The notes under the pieces are model-generated. The model was not told where the DNA came from, did no database searches, and was given only the letters and a program-made list of their open reading frames with translations. A DNA stretch of 64,000 nt, taken from the NCBI GenBank assembly GCA_964651815.1, contig CAZYWG010000005.1, positions 27,053 to 91,052 on the forward strand, read 5' to 3'. The position numbers and the translations under genes were made by a program. Positions 20,100 through 30,294 of the stretch are shown here, piece by piece. How positions within the stretch are numbered: position 1 is the first letter of the stretch; every line of letters starts with the position of its first letter. The stretch is from an uncultured Gammaproteobacteria bacterium. Its GTDB lineage: Bacteria; Patescibacteriota; Microgenomatia; Levybacterales; GWA1-39-11.

Positions 20100-20814
20100 G
20101 AATTATAAGAAAGTAAGAATTTAGATTCTTTACGTCTGCAACTTCAACTTCTTTTCTAAATGGATTTAAAATCGTTGACGGATATTTGATACTAAAACTA
20201 AATCCACATTCTTTTAATAACGCGACAACATTCTCGAGTCTGTTTTTTTTATTTTTTTTACCTCCATGAAACTCCATAATTATTTCTTGCACAAATTTAA
20301 GTTTATGTTTAATTTCAGAAAGCACTATCATTTCCATTCCCTCAATATCTATTTTTAACAAGTCTACACTTCTGTTAATATACTCCGACAATTTAGTACT
20401 CGGTACGTAAATTGTTTCGTAGTCCAGGACATTATACCAATCATTTTTTACTCCTGCATCACCCCAATTCCAACCGTTTTTTTGTGTCGCTACGTAATAC
20501 GGAATTTTTCCTTTTTTAAGTCCAACTGCTTTTTTAATTAATGTAACATTTTTTAAAAAGTTTTGGGAAATGTTTTTTTCAAGAGTTTCTGCTGTTTTTG
20601 GGTTTGCTTCAAAAGAAAGAATATGTGATTCAGGATATATTTTTTTAAAATACAACACGCTTAATCCTATATGAGATCCACAATCAATAATGAACGGATT
20701 TTTTCTCTCGGATTTAAACTTGTATTGCCGCAACAAAAAAATATCTTTATAAATTGAAAACGTCTCAATAACATTTGAAAAATTAATTGAATAGCCCCCT
20801 ATCTTTATTCTCAT
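20083..20814 (-). CDS. FkbM family methyltransferase
   Basis: IIDCGSHIG, FEANP, LLKIDIEGME, MEFH. Confidence 0.9.
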   Translation of the reverse strand: MRIKIGGYSINFSNVIETFSIYKDIFLLRQYKFKSERKNPFIIDCGSHIGLSVLYFKKIYPESHILSFEANPKTAETLEKNISQNFLKNVTLIKKAVGLKKGKIPYYVATQKNGWNWGDAGVKNDWYNVLDYETIYVPSTKLSEYINRSVDLLKIDIEGMEMIVLSEIKHKLKFVQEIIMEFHGGKKNKKNRLENVVALLKECGFSFSIKYPSTILNPFRKEVEVADVKNLNSYFLIIHAKKI

Positions 20815-20816
20815 GT

Positions 20817-21383
20817 TTAATGTTTTAATTTGTTTAAACGCTTAATAATTTTTGCTGGAACCCCGCCTACTGCCACATTTGGCGGAATGTCGTGAGTTAC
20901 AACTGCATTAGCCCCCACATAGACATTATTCCCAATTTTCACGCCCCCAACAATTCTCGCTCCGGCAAAAACATATACGTCATTCCCTATTTTGGGGGTC
21001 AGATTTCCACCTGAAGGGGTCCCTTTCATACCTATTGTAATTGGGCCAATGAGAGTAAGATTACTTCCGGCAACAACCGTTTGGGAAAATGTAATACCCC
21101 TATTATGAATGTATAGACTTCTACCTATTTTTACACTTGGAGGTATGTCAATGTCTAAAACAAAGTACGTATATAAAAAGTAAATCGGATACAAAAAAAT
21201 TCCTATTAGCTTTTCGAGCTTATTCCCCTGATAAAGAAGATTCCTTTCAAATCTATAACATACTGAGAAAAAAGCTCCTGGATTATGAAATATCACAAAA
21301 ACCTTCAAAAAAAAGTTTGGGTTTTTGTGAAGAGATAAATACCTTTCCCAATCGGAGAGGATGAGGCTGACTAAGTTTTCCAT
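20817..21383 (-). CDS. Serine-acetyltransferase-like hexapeptide O-acetyltransferase (WcaB/CysE-like)
   Basis: PKIGNDVYVFAGARIVGGVKIGNNVYVGANAVV, GGVPAKII. Confidence 0.85.
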   Translation of the reverse strand: MENLVSLILSDWERYLSLHKNPNFFLKVFVIFHNPGAFFSVCYRFERNLLYQGNKLEKLIGIFLYPIYFLYTYFVLDIDIPPSVKIGRSLYIHNRGITFSQTVVAGSNLTLIGPITIGMKGTPSGGNLTPKIGNDVYVFAGARIVGGVKIGNNVYVGANAVVTHDIPPNVAVGGVPAKIIKRLNKLKH

Positions 21384-22312
21384 TTTGTTTTGGTATTCTT
21401 AAAATAATCTATTGTTTTCTTAAGTCCTTCAGTGAAGCCAACATTTTCTTGTATGGTCATTAGTTTTGATCCATTTGACTTATTTACTTTATTTTTTTTG
21501 CCTCCTAAATTTTGTTGTTTGTTGAATCTAAAAACATTTTTATTACCTGTTAATTTAACAATTATTTTTGCAAGACTAAGTATAGAAATGCTGTTTGAGC
21601 TAATTATATCAACTGGTACAGAATTAGAATATTTCTCTACAAGATTTAGAAGATTTTCAACTAAATCGATGACAAACAAAAAGGATTTTTCCTCTGTCCC
21701 ATCACCCCAAATAGAAATTCCTTCTCCTGAAAGTGATTGCTCTATAAATGAAGGTATTACGCGCCCTTTATCTATATCCGGATCATCTCCCGGTCCATAT
21801 GTATTACCCGGTCTTGCAACTGCAATTTTCATTCCGAATTGGCTTGTATAAAGCCTCGCAATGTCTTCTGAAAATTTTTTTGATAATATATAGCCATCAT
21901 TTTCTTCATCTCTGTAAACTTCTATTGAACTCATCAAAAGTACTCTATTTACTTTGTTCAAGCGTGCGGCCTCTATAATGTTTAATACAATTTGAGTATT
22001 AACTCTCAAAATCTGAGCTGAATTTTTCGCCTTAAAATTTCTACTTCCATCTATTGCAGCGAAGTTTAATACAATATCCTGCTCGCGAATATTGTTTACA
22101 CAATCTTCAAAAATAAGCAGATCTGACTTAATTATTTTAATTTTATTTTCAAGATCCCCAAGGTTATTTTTGATTTTTTTGGAATCTGTCTTTTTTGAAA
22201 CAATTGCTGTTACATTTGCACCTTTACTAACCAAAAGTTCGACCATATTAGAGCCTATAAAACCCGCAGCACCTGTAACTACAACTTTTTTATCTTTCCA
22301 GAAATTTTTCAT
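21371..22312 (-). CDS. NAD-dependent epimerase/dehydratase (SDR)
   Basis: TGAAGFIGS, YILSK, RPGNTYGP, WGDG. Confidence 0.85.
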   Translation of the reverse strand: MKNFWKDKKVVVTGAAGFIGSNMVELLVSKGANVTAIVSKKTDSKKIKNNLGDLENKIKIIKSDLLIFEDCVNNIREQDIVLNFAAIDGSRNFKAKNSAQILRVNTQIVLNIIEAARLNKVNRVLLMSSIEVYRDEENDGYILSKKFSEDIARLYTSQFGMKIAVARPGNTYGPGDDPDIDKGRVIPSFIEQSLSGEGISIWGDGTEEKSFLFVIDLVENLLNLVEKYSNSVPVDIISSNSISILSLAKIIVKLTGNKNVFRFNKQQNLGGKKNKVNKSNGSKLMTIQENVGFTEGLKKTIDYFKNTKTKWKT

Positions 22313-23148
22313 TTTAATAAAGATGAAAACACAATTCCGCTAAAACCCGCCAAATACTCCATGCTTCTCATGATAATAAATGCCACAGCATCAATAGGCC
22401 TCATAACAAAAAGCTTCCAATTTTTAATATATGCTTTTCTTATTGGAAAATAGGAAACCACTCCGGCCTTTGGTCTTTTTGAGATATACTTAATTGAATC
22501 GCGGCCGTACATAAATCTTTTTTTCATTAATTTGAAAAGCTCCAATTTTCCTTCGTTGTGTCCTACTATATTTTTAGTTCTACCAACGTTATATTTTTTT
22601 TCCAAAAGTTTCTGGTGTAGATCCCAATCATCCCCTCCACCACCAAGTGTTTCATCAAGCCCACCCAGTTTTTTCCAAACATCCTTTTTGAAAAATCTTG
22701 GAGCTTCAATAGAATCATCTCCCCAATAACATCTCCTTTCAAGATTTTTTGCAGAGGCCCAAATACCTTCACCAAAAGAGTCTTCCGGAATTATTAAAGC
22801 ATCAAATCTTTTCTCACATAATTCGGTAGCCTCACTTAATAATCCTTTAGAAAGCTCCATGTCAGCGTCAACGTAATAAATGTATTTACCTCTTGCCTTT
22901 TTAGCCCCGTAATTTCTTTTATGAGGTGCATCAAAAGTACCACTAGCCACTTTTGGAACAAACTCATAAATTACAGATTTGTATTTTTTTGCAATTTCAA
23001 GCGTTTTGTCGCTAGAATTACCATCAACAATTATTAGTTCAATCGATAGGTATGTTTGTGACTTAATACTTTTTAAACAATTTTCCAAAAAACGGGATGA
23101 ATTCTTTGTAGGAATAATAACCGATACCAATTCTTTTCTCATAAACAT
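22309..23148 (-). CDS. Glycosyltransferase family 2
   Basis: SVIIPTKN, VDGNSSD, YVDADM, DDWDL. Confidence 0.9.
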   Translation of the reverse strand: MFMRKELVSVIIPTKNSSRFLENCLKSIKSQTYLSIELIIVDGNSSDKTLEIAKKYKSVIYEFVPKVASGTFDAPHKRNYGAKKARGKYIYYVDADMELSKGLLSEATELCEKRFDALIIPEDSFGEGIWASAKNLERRCYWGDDSIEAPRFFKKDVWKKLGGLDETLGGGGDDWDLHQKLLEKKYNVGRTKNIVGHNEGKLELFKLMKKRFMYGRDSIKYISKRPKAGVVSYFPIRKAYIKNWKLFVMRPIDAVAFIIMRSMEYLAGFSGIVFSSLLK

Positions 23149-24479
23149 TATTGTTCATTATACTGCATTACAGCCAGAATACTTAGAATTATGTATACAA
23201 AAAACCACGATTTGTTAATTATATTTGAAAAAATGTTTCCTTTTTTTATATTTGAAATCTGTAAAAAAAGAGGCAATACCCAACTAATTATTGCTACTCG
23301 AAATATAAAATAAGAAAACCCAAAGGCAGGCATCCATACATTTTGTAAAAGGCTCGTTCCCACAAAAACTAGAAAGAGGAAAGTTAGAAAATAATTTTTG
23401 TTAAAATATTCTTTCAAAAATAAAGCTATCGAAATTATCAAATATGGATAAAATGGAAATCTGTACCACCCATGCCCTGCTTCATCAGGTATTCCTGCAA
23501 GAAAGATTAAAAAGTAAGAGAGAAATGGAAAAATGATAAAAATGTTTTTCTTAATGTCTTTTATTAATAACAAAAATATGGCAAACCAGCCAAAATAAAT
23601 CCACCCGTCCGTATAAAAACGATCAATAAGGTAGGGCTTCTGGAATAAAGCATAGATACTGTTAAAAGCAAGGTCGTAACGGTTCAGTTGCAAACTCCAC
23701 AAAGAAAGAAAAAGATTTCGGTCAAAATAAAATCCGTAAACAAAATAAATCAAAAATATAGGCAAAACAACAGAAAGGAAAAACAATATATCTCTATATC
23801 GCTTAAGAAACAAAAAAATCAAAACAATTGAAAACGCGCCGGCAAGCCAAGGTACTTTTGAAATACTTAGTAAACCACATAATATAGCTGCAATATTTCT
23901 ATATCGCGTTTTTTTAGTTTTCAAATATTTAGAAATTAAATAAAGCGAAAGAAGCCATATAGGTATGAAAAAATTCTCGTTCTGTAAAATTCTAGAGCCA
24001 ACTGCAATGGACGGAACAACGGCATACAACAACCCAGCAATAAGCGCAATACCTTTATCTTGATATAGTTCATGCGTTAAAAGCATTACAAGCCCTATGC
24101 TAATAACTCCCAGAATCAACGCCAAGCCTCGAATGTGTCTCAGATCAATGTGATATATATCTTTTGCTCCTGACATAAGTGCGAATGTCCCGGCAATCAA
24201 TCCAAAAAAGGGTGGGTGTTCAAGATAAGGCGTAACAAGTCTGAAAGGCGTCTTTTGATATATTATGTTTTTTGTTTTTTTATATTGAGGATGAGGTGAC
24301 CATGATGTTGGGATATGATTCTGAATCAAACTTATGCCCTGCCATGTCCAAGCATACTCGTCAAAAGTCGCTCCAAGCCTTGGCCAAGTGTATAGATTAT
24401 GAATTCTAAGAAAAAATCCCAACAGAAGTATAAGTAAAAAAATAATTAGACAAATTCTATTTTTGATCGATTTAACCAT
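23148..24479 (-). CDS. GT-C glycosyltransferase (PMT/ArnT-like)
   Basis: TFDEYAW after TM1, EHPP motif, multi-TM, GWYRFP. Confidence 0.8.
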   Translation of the reverse strand: MVKSIKNRICLIIFLLILLLGFFLRIHNLYTWPRLGATFDEYAWTWQGISLIQNHIPTSWSPHPQYKKTKNIIYQKTPFRLVTPYLEHPPFFGLIAGTFALMSGAKDIYHIDLRHIRGLALILGVISIGLVMLLTHELYQDKGIALIAGLLYAVVPSIAVGSRILQNENFFIPIWLLSLYLISKYLKTKKTRYRNIAAILCGLLSISKVPWLAGAFSIVLIFLFLKRYRDILFFLSVVLPIFLIYFVYGFYFDRNLFLSLWSLQLNRYDLAFNSIYALFQKPYLIDRFYTDGWIYFGWFAIFLLLIKDIKKNIFIIFPFLSYFLIFLAGIPDEAGHGWYRFPFYPYLIISIALFLKEYFNKNYFLTFLFLVFVGTSLLQNVWMPAFGFSYFIFRVAIISWVLPLFLQISNIKKGNIFSNIINKSWFFVYIILSILAVMQYNEQ

Positions 24480-24483
24480 AAGG

Positions 24484-25593
24484 TTATTTTATGACCGAAT
24501 TAAATTTGTTAAAGGTTTTATCCCAAGTATATTTTCTTCTCTCCTCAATTGCCCCCTTTTGTAATGCACTATACTTCTTTTTGTTTTCTAATATTTCTTG
24601 TACAAGTTTTGCCATTTCATTTGGCGTGTTCTTGGAACAAAGATACCCGTTAACATTATTTACCAGCACCTCTCTCAATCCCTCTACATTATAGACAACG
24701 GACGGTGTGCCGCGTGCTCCCGCTTCATGGACCGTTAATCCCCACCCTTCTTTTGCAGACGGAGATATCAAAACTTGTGACTTTTCAAGTAATTTGTTTT
24801 TTAAATTGTCATCGGTAAAACCCCAAAATTTTACATTTTCAGACAATGAAAAGCGAGCTATCATATTTATAAGATATTTTGTGTATTCCTTATCTCCTCT
24901 GCCTACTATCCAAAGCATTATTTTAGGAAATGTTTTTTTTAAAATTGCAGCAACTTTAATTGCGTCCTCTATTCCTTTTTGTTTTGTAATTCTACCCACA
25001 AAAATTATAGTTGGGAATTCGTTTTTTTTGGGAAGAGAACTTATTATTGGTGTGCTACATCCCAAAGGAAGAATATCTATTTTTGAAGTTGAAAACCCTA
25101 AAGTTTTCAATTCTTCTTTAGAAGACTCGGAAATCGTTAATATGCGATTAGATTTATAAAGTAGTGGATAAATTGCTTCAACTGTTTTCCCAAGAATATT
25201 AAAAGGAAATTTAACCGCAACATCCCACAATTTTCCTGCAACTTCACAAATCAGAACGACTTTTTTTTCTTTTACATATAACGGAGTAAAAAATGGTGCG
25301 CCGTGAATTTCGTCAATAACCAGATCTATTTTCCCTTTTAGATTTTTACTGTAGTACCTGAAAGCTTTGTAATGAACTGATGATAAAAGAGTTCTTACGT
25401 CGGGATTTCCATCTCTTAATATCTTCACTCCATCAATTATTTCCGCCTGTTTTGCTCCGGTAAATTTAGATGAGAACTGGATAACTTCATGTTTGTTGCG
25501 GATGAGTCTTTTTGCGAGTTCATGTGTGAGAATTTCTGCGCCGCCGGATTGAGGGTTTTTAATATCCCGCCAGTTTAAAATCAATATTCTCAT
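24484..25593 (-). CDS. Glycosyltransferase family 4
   Basis: NWRDIKNPQSGGAE, VGRITKQKG, EGWGLTVHEAGARGTP. Confidence 0.9.
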   Translation of the reverse strand: MRILILNWRDIKNPQSGGAEILTHELAKRLIRNKHEVIQFSSKFTGAKQAEIIDGVKILRDGNPDVRTLLSSVHYKAFRYYSKNLKGKIDLVIDEIHGAPFFTPLYVKEKKVVLICEVAGKLWDVAVKFPFNILGKTVEAIYPLLYKSNRILTISESSKEELKTLGFSTSKIDILPLGCSTPIISSLPKKNEFPTIIFVGRITKQKGIEDAIKVAAILKKTFPKIMLWIVGRGDKEYTKYLINMIARFSLSENVKFWGFTDDNLKNKLLEKSQVLISPSAKEGWGLTVHEAGARGTPSVVYNVEGLREVLVNNVNGYLCSKNTPNEMAKLVQEILENKKKYSALQKGAIEERRKYTWDKTFNKFNSVIK

Positions 25594-25607
25594 CCTTTAT
25601 ATAAAAT

Positions 25608-26366
25608 CTATTCGTGTATCTTATCATAATAGTGAGTTATTTTTAATCGATAAAACACAGCTGTTGTATCCCAAAGCATCCAAAATATCACTCTCCAAAA
25701 CGAAGCCGACGTAATACTACTCGCGTTGTTGAAGTTTAGCTTTATCGGGGACTCTATAATATTTGTGTACCCTAATTTTTGCGCAACGGCAAGAACTTCA
25801 ATATCAAAAGCAAATCTTTTTATAGCAATTCGAGAAAATACCTCTTTTGCCACATTTTTCCTGAAAATCTTAAGTCCCACTTGAGTATCCTTTATTTTGT
25901 ATCCAAATAAAAGGTGAGTAATCATTCTATACCCCCATGATAATATTCTTCTTATAAAAGGGTAGTTTACTTTCGAATCCGGATGCAATTTGCTACCGAC
26001 AACAATATCAGCATCACTGAGTTGCATTAAATCCAATGCTACTGAAAGCTCTGATGGCTCAAGATCCATACCTGCATCAATAAAACCTACCACATCTCCC
26101 GTAGCCTTTAAGATTCCATATTTTACAGCATACCCTTTTCCTCTATTTTTCTCATATCCTAACACGGTCAGATTTTTTATATTTGTCTTTTTTGAATTTT
26201 TAAACGTATCGTCTAAAAAACCATCCACAACAACAATAATTTCATATTCGTAATGTAAAAGAGATAAGGCATTGTTTATATTTTTAATATCACGCTCGAT
26301 TGTCTTTTGTTGTTTATAAGCGGGAATAACTATAGAAATTTTGTTTATTTTAGGAGTTTCTGGCAC
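25608..26366 (-). CDS. GT2, polyprenyl-phosphate glycosyltransferase-like (DPG/DPM synthase type)
   Basis: NRGKGYAV, FIDAGMD, DTQVGLK, FAFDIEVL; GTG start supported by the upstream promoter. Confidence 0.85.
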   Translation of the reverse strand: MPETPKINKISIVIPAYKQQKTIERDIKNINNALSLLHYEYEIIVVVDGFLDDTFKNSKKTNIKNLTVLGYEKNRGKGYAVKYGILKATGDVVGFIDAGMDLEPSELSVALDLMQLSDADIVVGSKLHPDSKVNYPFIRRILSWGYRMITHLLFGYKIKDTQVGLKIFRKNVAKEVFSRIAIKRFAFDIEVLAVAQKLGYTNIIESPIKLNFNNASSITSASFWRVIFWMLWDTTAVFYRLKITHYYDKIHE

Positions 26367-27609
26367 GCGGATAGTATAGCAAAAGAGAAATTAGAAGTAC
26401 AAATGTAACAATTATTGAAACATAAATTACTTGAGTTATATTCTCGTGAAACAAGACAATTAAAAGTATTTGAGAAATTGCCGCTACAGCTACCGGGATT
26501 GAAGTCATTGTTTTATGTATAGATAAATAAAAATTTGCGAGTAGTGAGCAAATTGAATATAAGGACATAAAAATCGCAAACAAGCCAAGATACTCTGCAA
26601 CAGCTAAATACTTAGGGCCAAAGAGAAGACCTACCATCAATTTTGACTCGGCAAAGTAAATTAACGTTATAAAAACACATATAAATAATGTAATTAAAAA
26701 TCCCCAAAGTAGGAATTTTAAATACTTCTCTCCATTAGCGTGACTTTCTGAAGCCATAGGAAATATTACCAAAACTATAGGAGAGGCACCAAAATATATA
26801 ATCTTCCCAAGAACAGATAGCGCAGAATAGTATCCGGAGTTTACGCTACTCAAAAAGTGTCTTACAAGAATGACGTCTGTTGTAAAAAGAGAAGTTAATG
26901 CAAGGGTTGTCACAAAAGTCGGTAATGCAAATTTAATCAACTCTTTTTTGTGCGGAAAACTGGAAGTTAAAGATAGTTTTCGTTTTAACAAACTTTTTAT
27001 CAAATAATACGAAAGAAAAAGCGCTAACAAAAAACCAATCCCTATTGAAGCAAACGCTCCCTCCACCCTGAACCCTAAATAAACAAGAATTACGCCGAGC
27101 ACTAATTTTATTCCTGTCTCGATGAAACTCAGAACACTAAAATTGAAGAAAGAGGACATCCCTTGAATAGTACTTTTGTTTAAAACATAAACCAGATTTA
27201 TTAAAAAAGTTATTGAAAGCAAAAACACAAGCAGAAAAGATGAGAGATGGAGAAAGTTTTTAATAAAAGGGGAGAACAAAATCAATAAAACGCTTATTCC
27301 TGATCCATACAATATAATTTTTCCTAGCAAATAATTGTAAAAGTCTGAAATTGAAGCGTAATCTTTTTTCCCTTTATATCTGGAAACAAATTTGACTATT
27401 ACAAAAGTGAGGGCAAGAGTCGGGACAAATAAAATATAAAGAAGCGATATCAAACTTTCGAGTGCTCCGTAAAATGAGACTCCAAGCATCCTACCCATAA
27501 GTAAGTGATAAAAATAATTTCCAAAGTTTAGAAAACCCGTTCCCAAAAATACCCAGAAAGTTGCGGAAATAAAATTGTTCGAAAGTGTTTTTTTAAGTAG
27601 TGCTTTCAT
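26350..27609 (-). CDS. Oligosaccharide flippase (Wzx/MOP family)
   Basis: About 12 TM helices, YHLLMGRMLG..YG, TDVILVRHF, GYYSALSVLGKII. Confidence 0.85.
   Translation of the reverse strand: MKALLKKTLSNNFISATFWVFLGTGFLNFGNYFYHLLMGRMLGVSFYGALESLISLLYILFVPTLALTFVIVKFVSRYKGKKDYASISDFYNYLLGKIILYGSGISVLLILFSPFIKNFLHLSSFLLVFLLSITFLINLVYVLNKSTIQGMSSFFNFSVLSFIETGIKLVLGVILVYLGFRVEGAFASIGIGFLLALFLSYYLIKSLLKRKLSLTSSFPHKKELIKFALPTFVTTLALTSLFTTDVILVRHFLSSVNSGYYSALSVLGKIIYFGASPIVLVIFPMASESHANGEKYLKFLLWGFLITLFICVFITLIYFAESKLMVGLLFGPKYLAVAEYLGLFAIFMSLYSICSLLANFYLSIHKTMTSIPVAVAAISQILLIVLFHENITQVIYVSIIVTFVLLISLLLYYPRARNS
26373..26402 (-). promoter_or_regulatory. Internal extended -10 promoter, probable leaderless transcript
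   Basis: TTGTAC-N18-TATACT with TG extension (TGCTATACT), 6 nt before GTG at 26366; lies inside the flippase 3' end. Confidence 0.55.
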
Positions 27610-28648
27610 AAATTGTTACTAAATCTTTGATGGATTTTTTGACTGTAAATATTTCTGCTTGTTTTAACCCTTTTTCGGAAAGTTCTTGTCTTAATTTTCC
27701 ATCGTTAATAAGTTTAGATATACCATTTGCTATGTCTTTCGAATCAAGTGCATCTACATAATAAACGGCATTTCCCCCAACTTCCTCAAGGCTTCCCTCT
27801 TTTGTAGTTATCACGGGACACCCACAATTCATAGCTTCTAGAACAGGCAATCCAAAACCTTCATAAATTGAAGGCATTACAAGGGCAGAAGCTAAATTGT
27901 AAATTTTTATCAAATCGACATTTGGAACAAAACCAAGCTTAACAAACTGTGTAGTATTTATTTCTCGTAAAACTTTTTTTAAATCATCATTCCATTTGTT
28001 TGAAGAAACATCTGACATTTGACTACCCCAAATTTTTCCCACCATAACTAAGGTGACATTTGTTTTCTTAACAGCTTCAACTAGTCTCGATAAATTTTTA
28101 TTCCATGTTGCATCCCCTACATATAAAATGAAACTCTCGGGCAAATTATATTTTTTTTGAATTTGAGATGTTTTTATTTCGTCTAATTTAAGTTTTTTAA
28201 ACGTTTGGTCTGCAGCGAGATATACAGTCTTCACTTTGTTATCCGATACACCGATTATCCTCTGTATGTCTTTTTTTGAACAATTTGAATCAGTAATAAC
28301 ACAACTCGCTTTTTTTAAAAGTCTTTTTTGAACTTGCCATTTCATGTTACCTTTAAAACCAGCCGGAAAGTGATCAGGGAACGCAATTGGCGTTAAATCA
28401 TGAACAGTAACTACAAATTTTTGGGGAGATTTAAATGGAAGCGTTAAGAAAAAAGGGTCAAAATAAGGATAGTGAATTAAATCAGCATTTTTGGGAAATG
28501 ACTTATCTTCAACAAAAACATACTCGTTTTTTCCATCATACTTTGCAAGGTTTTGAATAAGCATATTAATGTACGCACCAACACCACGAACCTTGTGAGC
28601 AGAATTAGAACTTTTAATCACGGGAGAGATATCTATAGCAATCTTCAT
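27593..28648 (-). CDS. Glycosyltransferase family 4 (MtfB/WbaZ-like)
   Basis: RGVGAY, VTVHDL, KNLSRL, PSIYEGFGLPVLEAMNCGCPVI. Confidence 0.9.
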   Translation of the reverse strand: MKIAIDISPVIKSSNSAHKVRGVGAYINMLIQNLAKYDGKNEYVFVEDKSFPKNADLIHYPYFDPFFLTLPFKSPQKFVVTVHDLTPIAFPDHFPAGFKGNMKWQVQKRLLKKASCVITDSNCSKKDIQRIIGVSDNKVKTVYLAADQTFKKLKLDEIKTSQIQKKYNLPESFILYVGDATWNKNLSRLVEAVKKTNVTLVMVGKIWGSQMSDVSSNKWNDDLKKVLREINTTQFVKLGFVPNVDLIKIYNLASALVMPSIYEGFGLPVLEAMNCGCPVITTKEGSLEEVGGNAVYYVDALDSKDIANGISKLINDGKLRQELSEKGLKQAEIFTVKKSIKDLVTIYESTT

Positions 28649-30294
28649 TCTTTAATTATATCAATAGTTTTAAAACTTATTAATGCAATAACTAGAATCG
28701 TTCCTAAGAAATATAGATATGATATCTTTTGCACTAACGTACTATCGAGCCATATATTAATTGAGTGATTTCCGGGGGGAATTCTAAGCAAAATTAACCC
28801 TTTCTCATTCATTACTTTTAGATTTTTACCATCTATTTTTGCACTCCAACCGGGAAAATAAGCTGTATTAACTCTTATAATAGATGTTGTATTTAGTATA
28901 GCTTTAAAAGTATATGACGATGTACGCTCAAATATCTCCTTAATATTTCCGTCTCCTGAAGTAATCTCAATTTTATGTTTTGCTTTTTTCGGAATCTGAA
29001 TTAACCACTTTGTGTTAAATACATTTCCTGGACTATTTGTTCCGTCTGTAAAATTAGACCTTGCAAGATAATAGGCATCGTTCCTCTTATGATAAAATGG
29101 TGCCTTTGCATAATTAAGGGTCAATCCCACAGAGATTATAATTAACAAAAGTGATACAAACGTTTGTAATTTTTTCTTTTTCATAAACAAATCGTTGCTA
29201 ACTAACGCTCCGGCAACAAATGAACAAATAAGTATTTCCAAACTTAAAAGCCTCCAAGGAAATTGAAAGTAGTTAATTAGTGGGACATTGCGCCAAAACC
29301 AAAAAGAATATGGAGTCATAAGGAAAAAAACAAAAATAAATAAAGCAATTAAGAACGCCAATAAAATTCTTTGTTTCTTAAGTTTAAACATGAGAAAGAA
29401 GGAGATTATTATCGCAAAAATGTTTACAATACCTATTTGAACTGACATTGGGTTCAACAGATCGTTAGGTGAAAGTCCAAACCCCCATGAAGGTATAATT
29501 AATTGATATATTTCTGAGAAATTATGAGTTATATCAAATATTTGCAGTCCCCCGACGTAACTTGTCTCTAATATTGCTGGTAACCAAAAAGGTGAAGCAA
29601 TTCCAAAACCAAGCGCAATAATTATTCCCAAATTTAGGATTCCATTTCTTTTATTTTCTAGTCGTGTAATGATAAACAACGCATATAAAACAAAGAACAA
29701 GAAAAAGATCAGAGCTAGGATGTTATGTGCCAAAATTAACAAACCCAAAGATAAACAAGACAGAATCATAAAACGTCGCTTTCCCGTTTCACAAAAAGTC
29801 ATGTAACTCCAAAGTAACGCGGGAAATATTCCAAGACTCATCACCTCCCCAACCGAACCTCTTACATAAACATCGACAAAGTGATATGGTGAAAAAGTAT
29901 AGAATGTTGCACATACTACACCACCTAATTCTCCCCAATATTTTCTTGACCATAGATAAAAAAAAATAGATCCGAAAATTGTTGTAATCGCCATATCCAA
30001 TTTAAAAGAATCTATAAATCCAAATCCAATTATGTGAAAAATGCAGGCCAAGTAGTTTGGCAGTGGATAATTATAGGAAAACAAAGGAATTCCAAACCCA
30101 TTGTTGAAGTCCGGAGCCCACCTGGGATATAAAATTCCGTCTGAAAGAACTTTGTAGAATTGTGTAAATCTTAAAACGTGGTATTCTCCATCATGAGTCG
30201 GCGGAATTCCATAATTATGCAAATTGAATACCGCAATAAAGGAAATAATTGTTACTGATGCAAGAAATTTATACTTTGTAAATAACGCCTTCAT
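28645..30294 (-). CDS. 'PTPS-related' membrane protein, GT-C/YfhO-like
   Basis: THDGEYH, PRWAPDFNNGFG, DVYVRG, FWLPA, QFPWR, YFPGW; start re-called at MKALF (alternative 30327). Confidence 0.8.
   Translation of the reverse strand: MKALFTKYKFLASVTIISFIAVFNLHNYGIPPTHDGEYHVLRFTQFYKVLSDGILYPRWAPDFNNGFGIPLFSYNYPLPNYLACIFHIIGFGFIDSFKLDMAITTIFGSIFFYLWSRKYWGELGGVVCATFYTFSPYHFVDVYVRGSVGEVMSLGIFPALLWSYMTFCETGKRRFMILSCLSLGLLILAHNILALIFFLFFVLYALFIITRLENKRNGILNLGIIIALGFGIASPFWLPAILETSYVGGLQIFDITHNFSEIYQLIIPSWGFGLSPNDLLNPMSVQIGIVNIFAIIISFFLMFKLKKQRILLAFLIALFIFVFFLMTPYSFWFWRNVPLINYFQFPWRLLSLEILICSFVAGALVSNDLFMKKKKLQTFVSLLLIIISVGLTLNYAKAPFYHKRNDAYYLARSNFTDGTNSPGNVFNTKWLIQIPKKAKHKIEITSGDGNIKEIFERTSSYTFKAILNTTSIIRVNTAYFPGWSAKIDGKNLKVMNEKGLILLRIPPGNHSINIWLDSTLVQKISYLYFLGTILVIALISFKTIDIIKE
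28655..28663 (-). promoter_or_regulatory. Internal extended -10 promoter, probable leaderless transcript
   Basis: TGATATAAT 6 nt before ATG at 28648, inside the last codons of the upstream gene; TTAATA 17 nt upstream. Confidence 0.55.
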
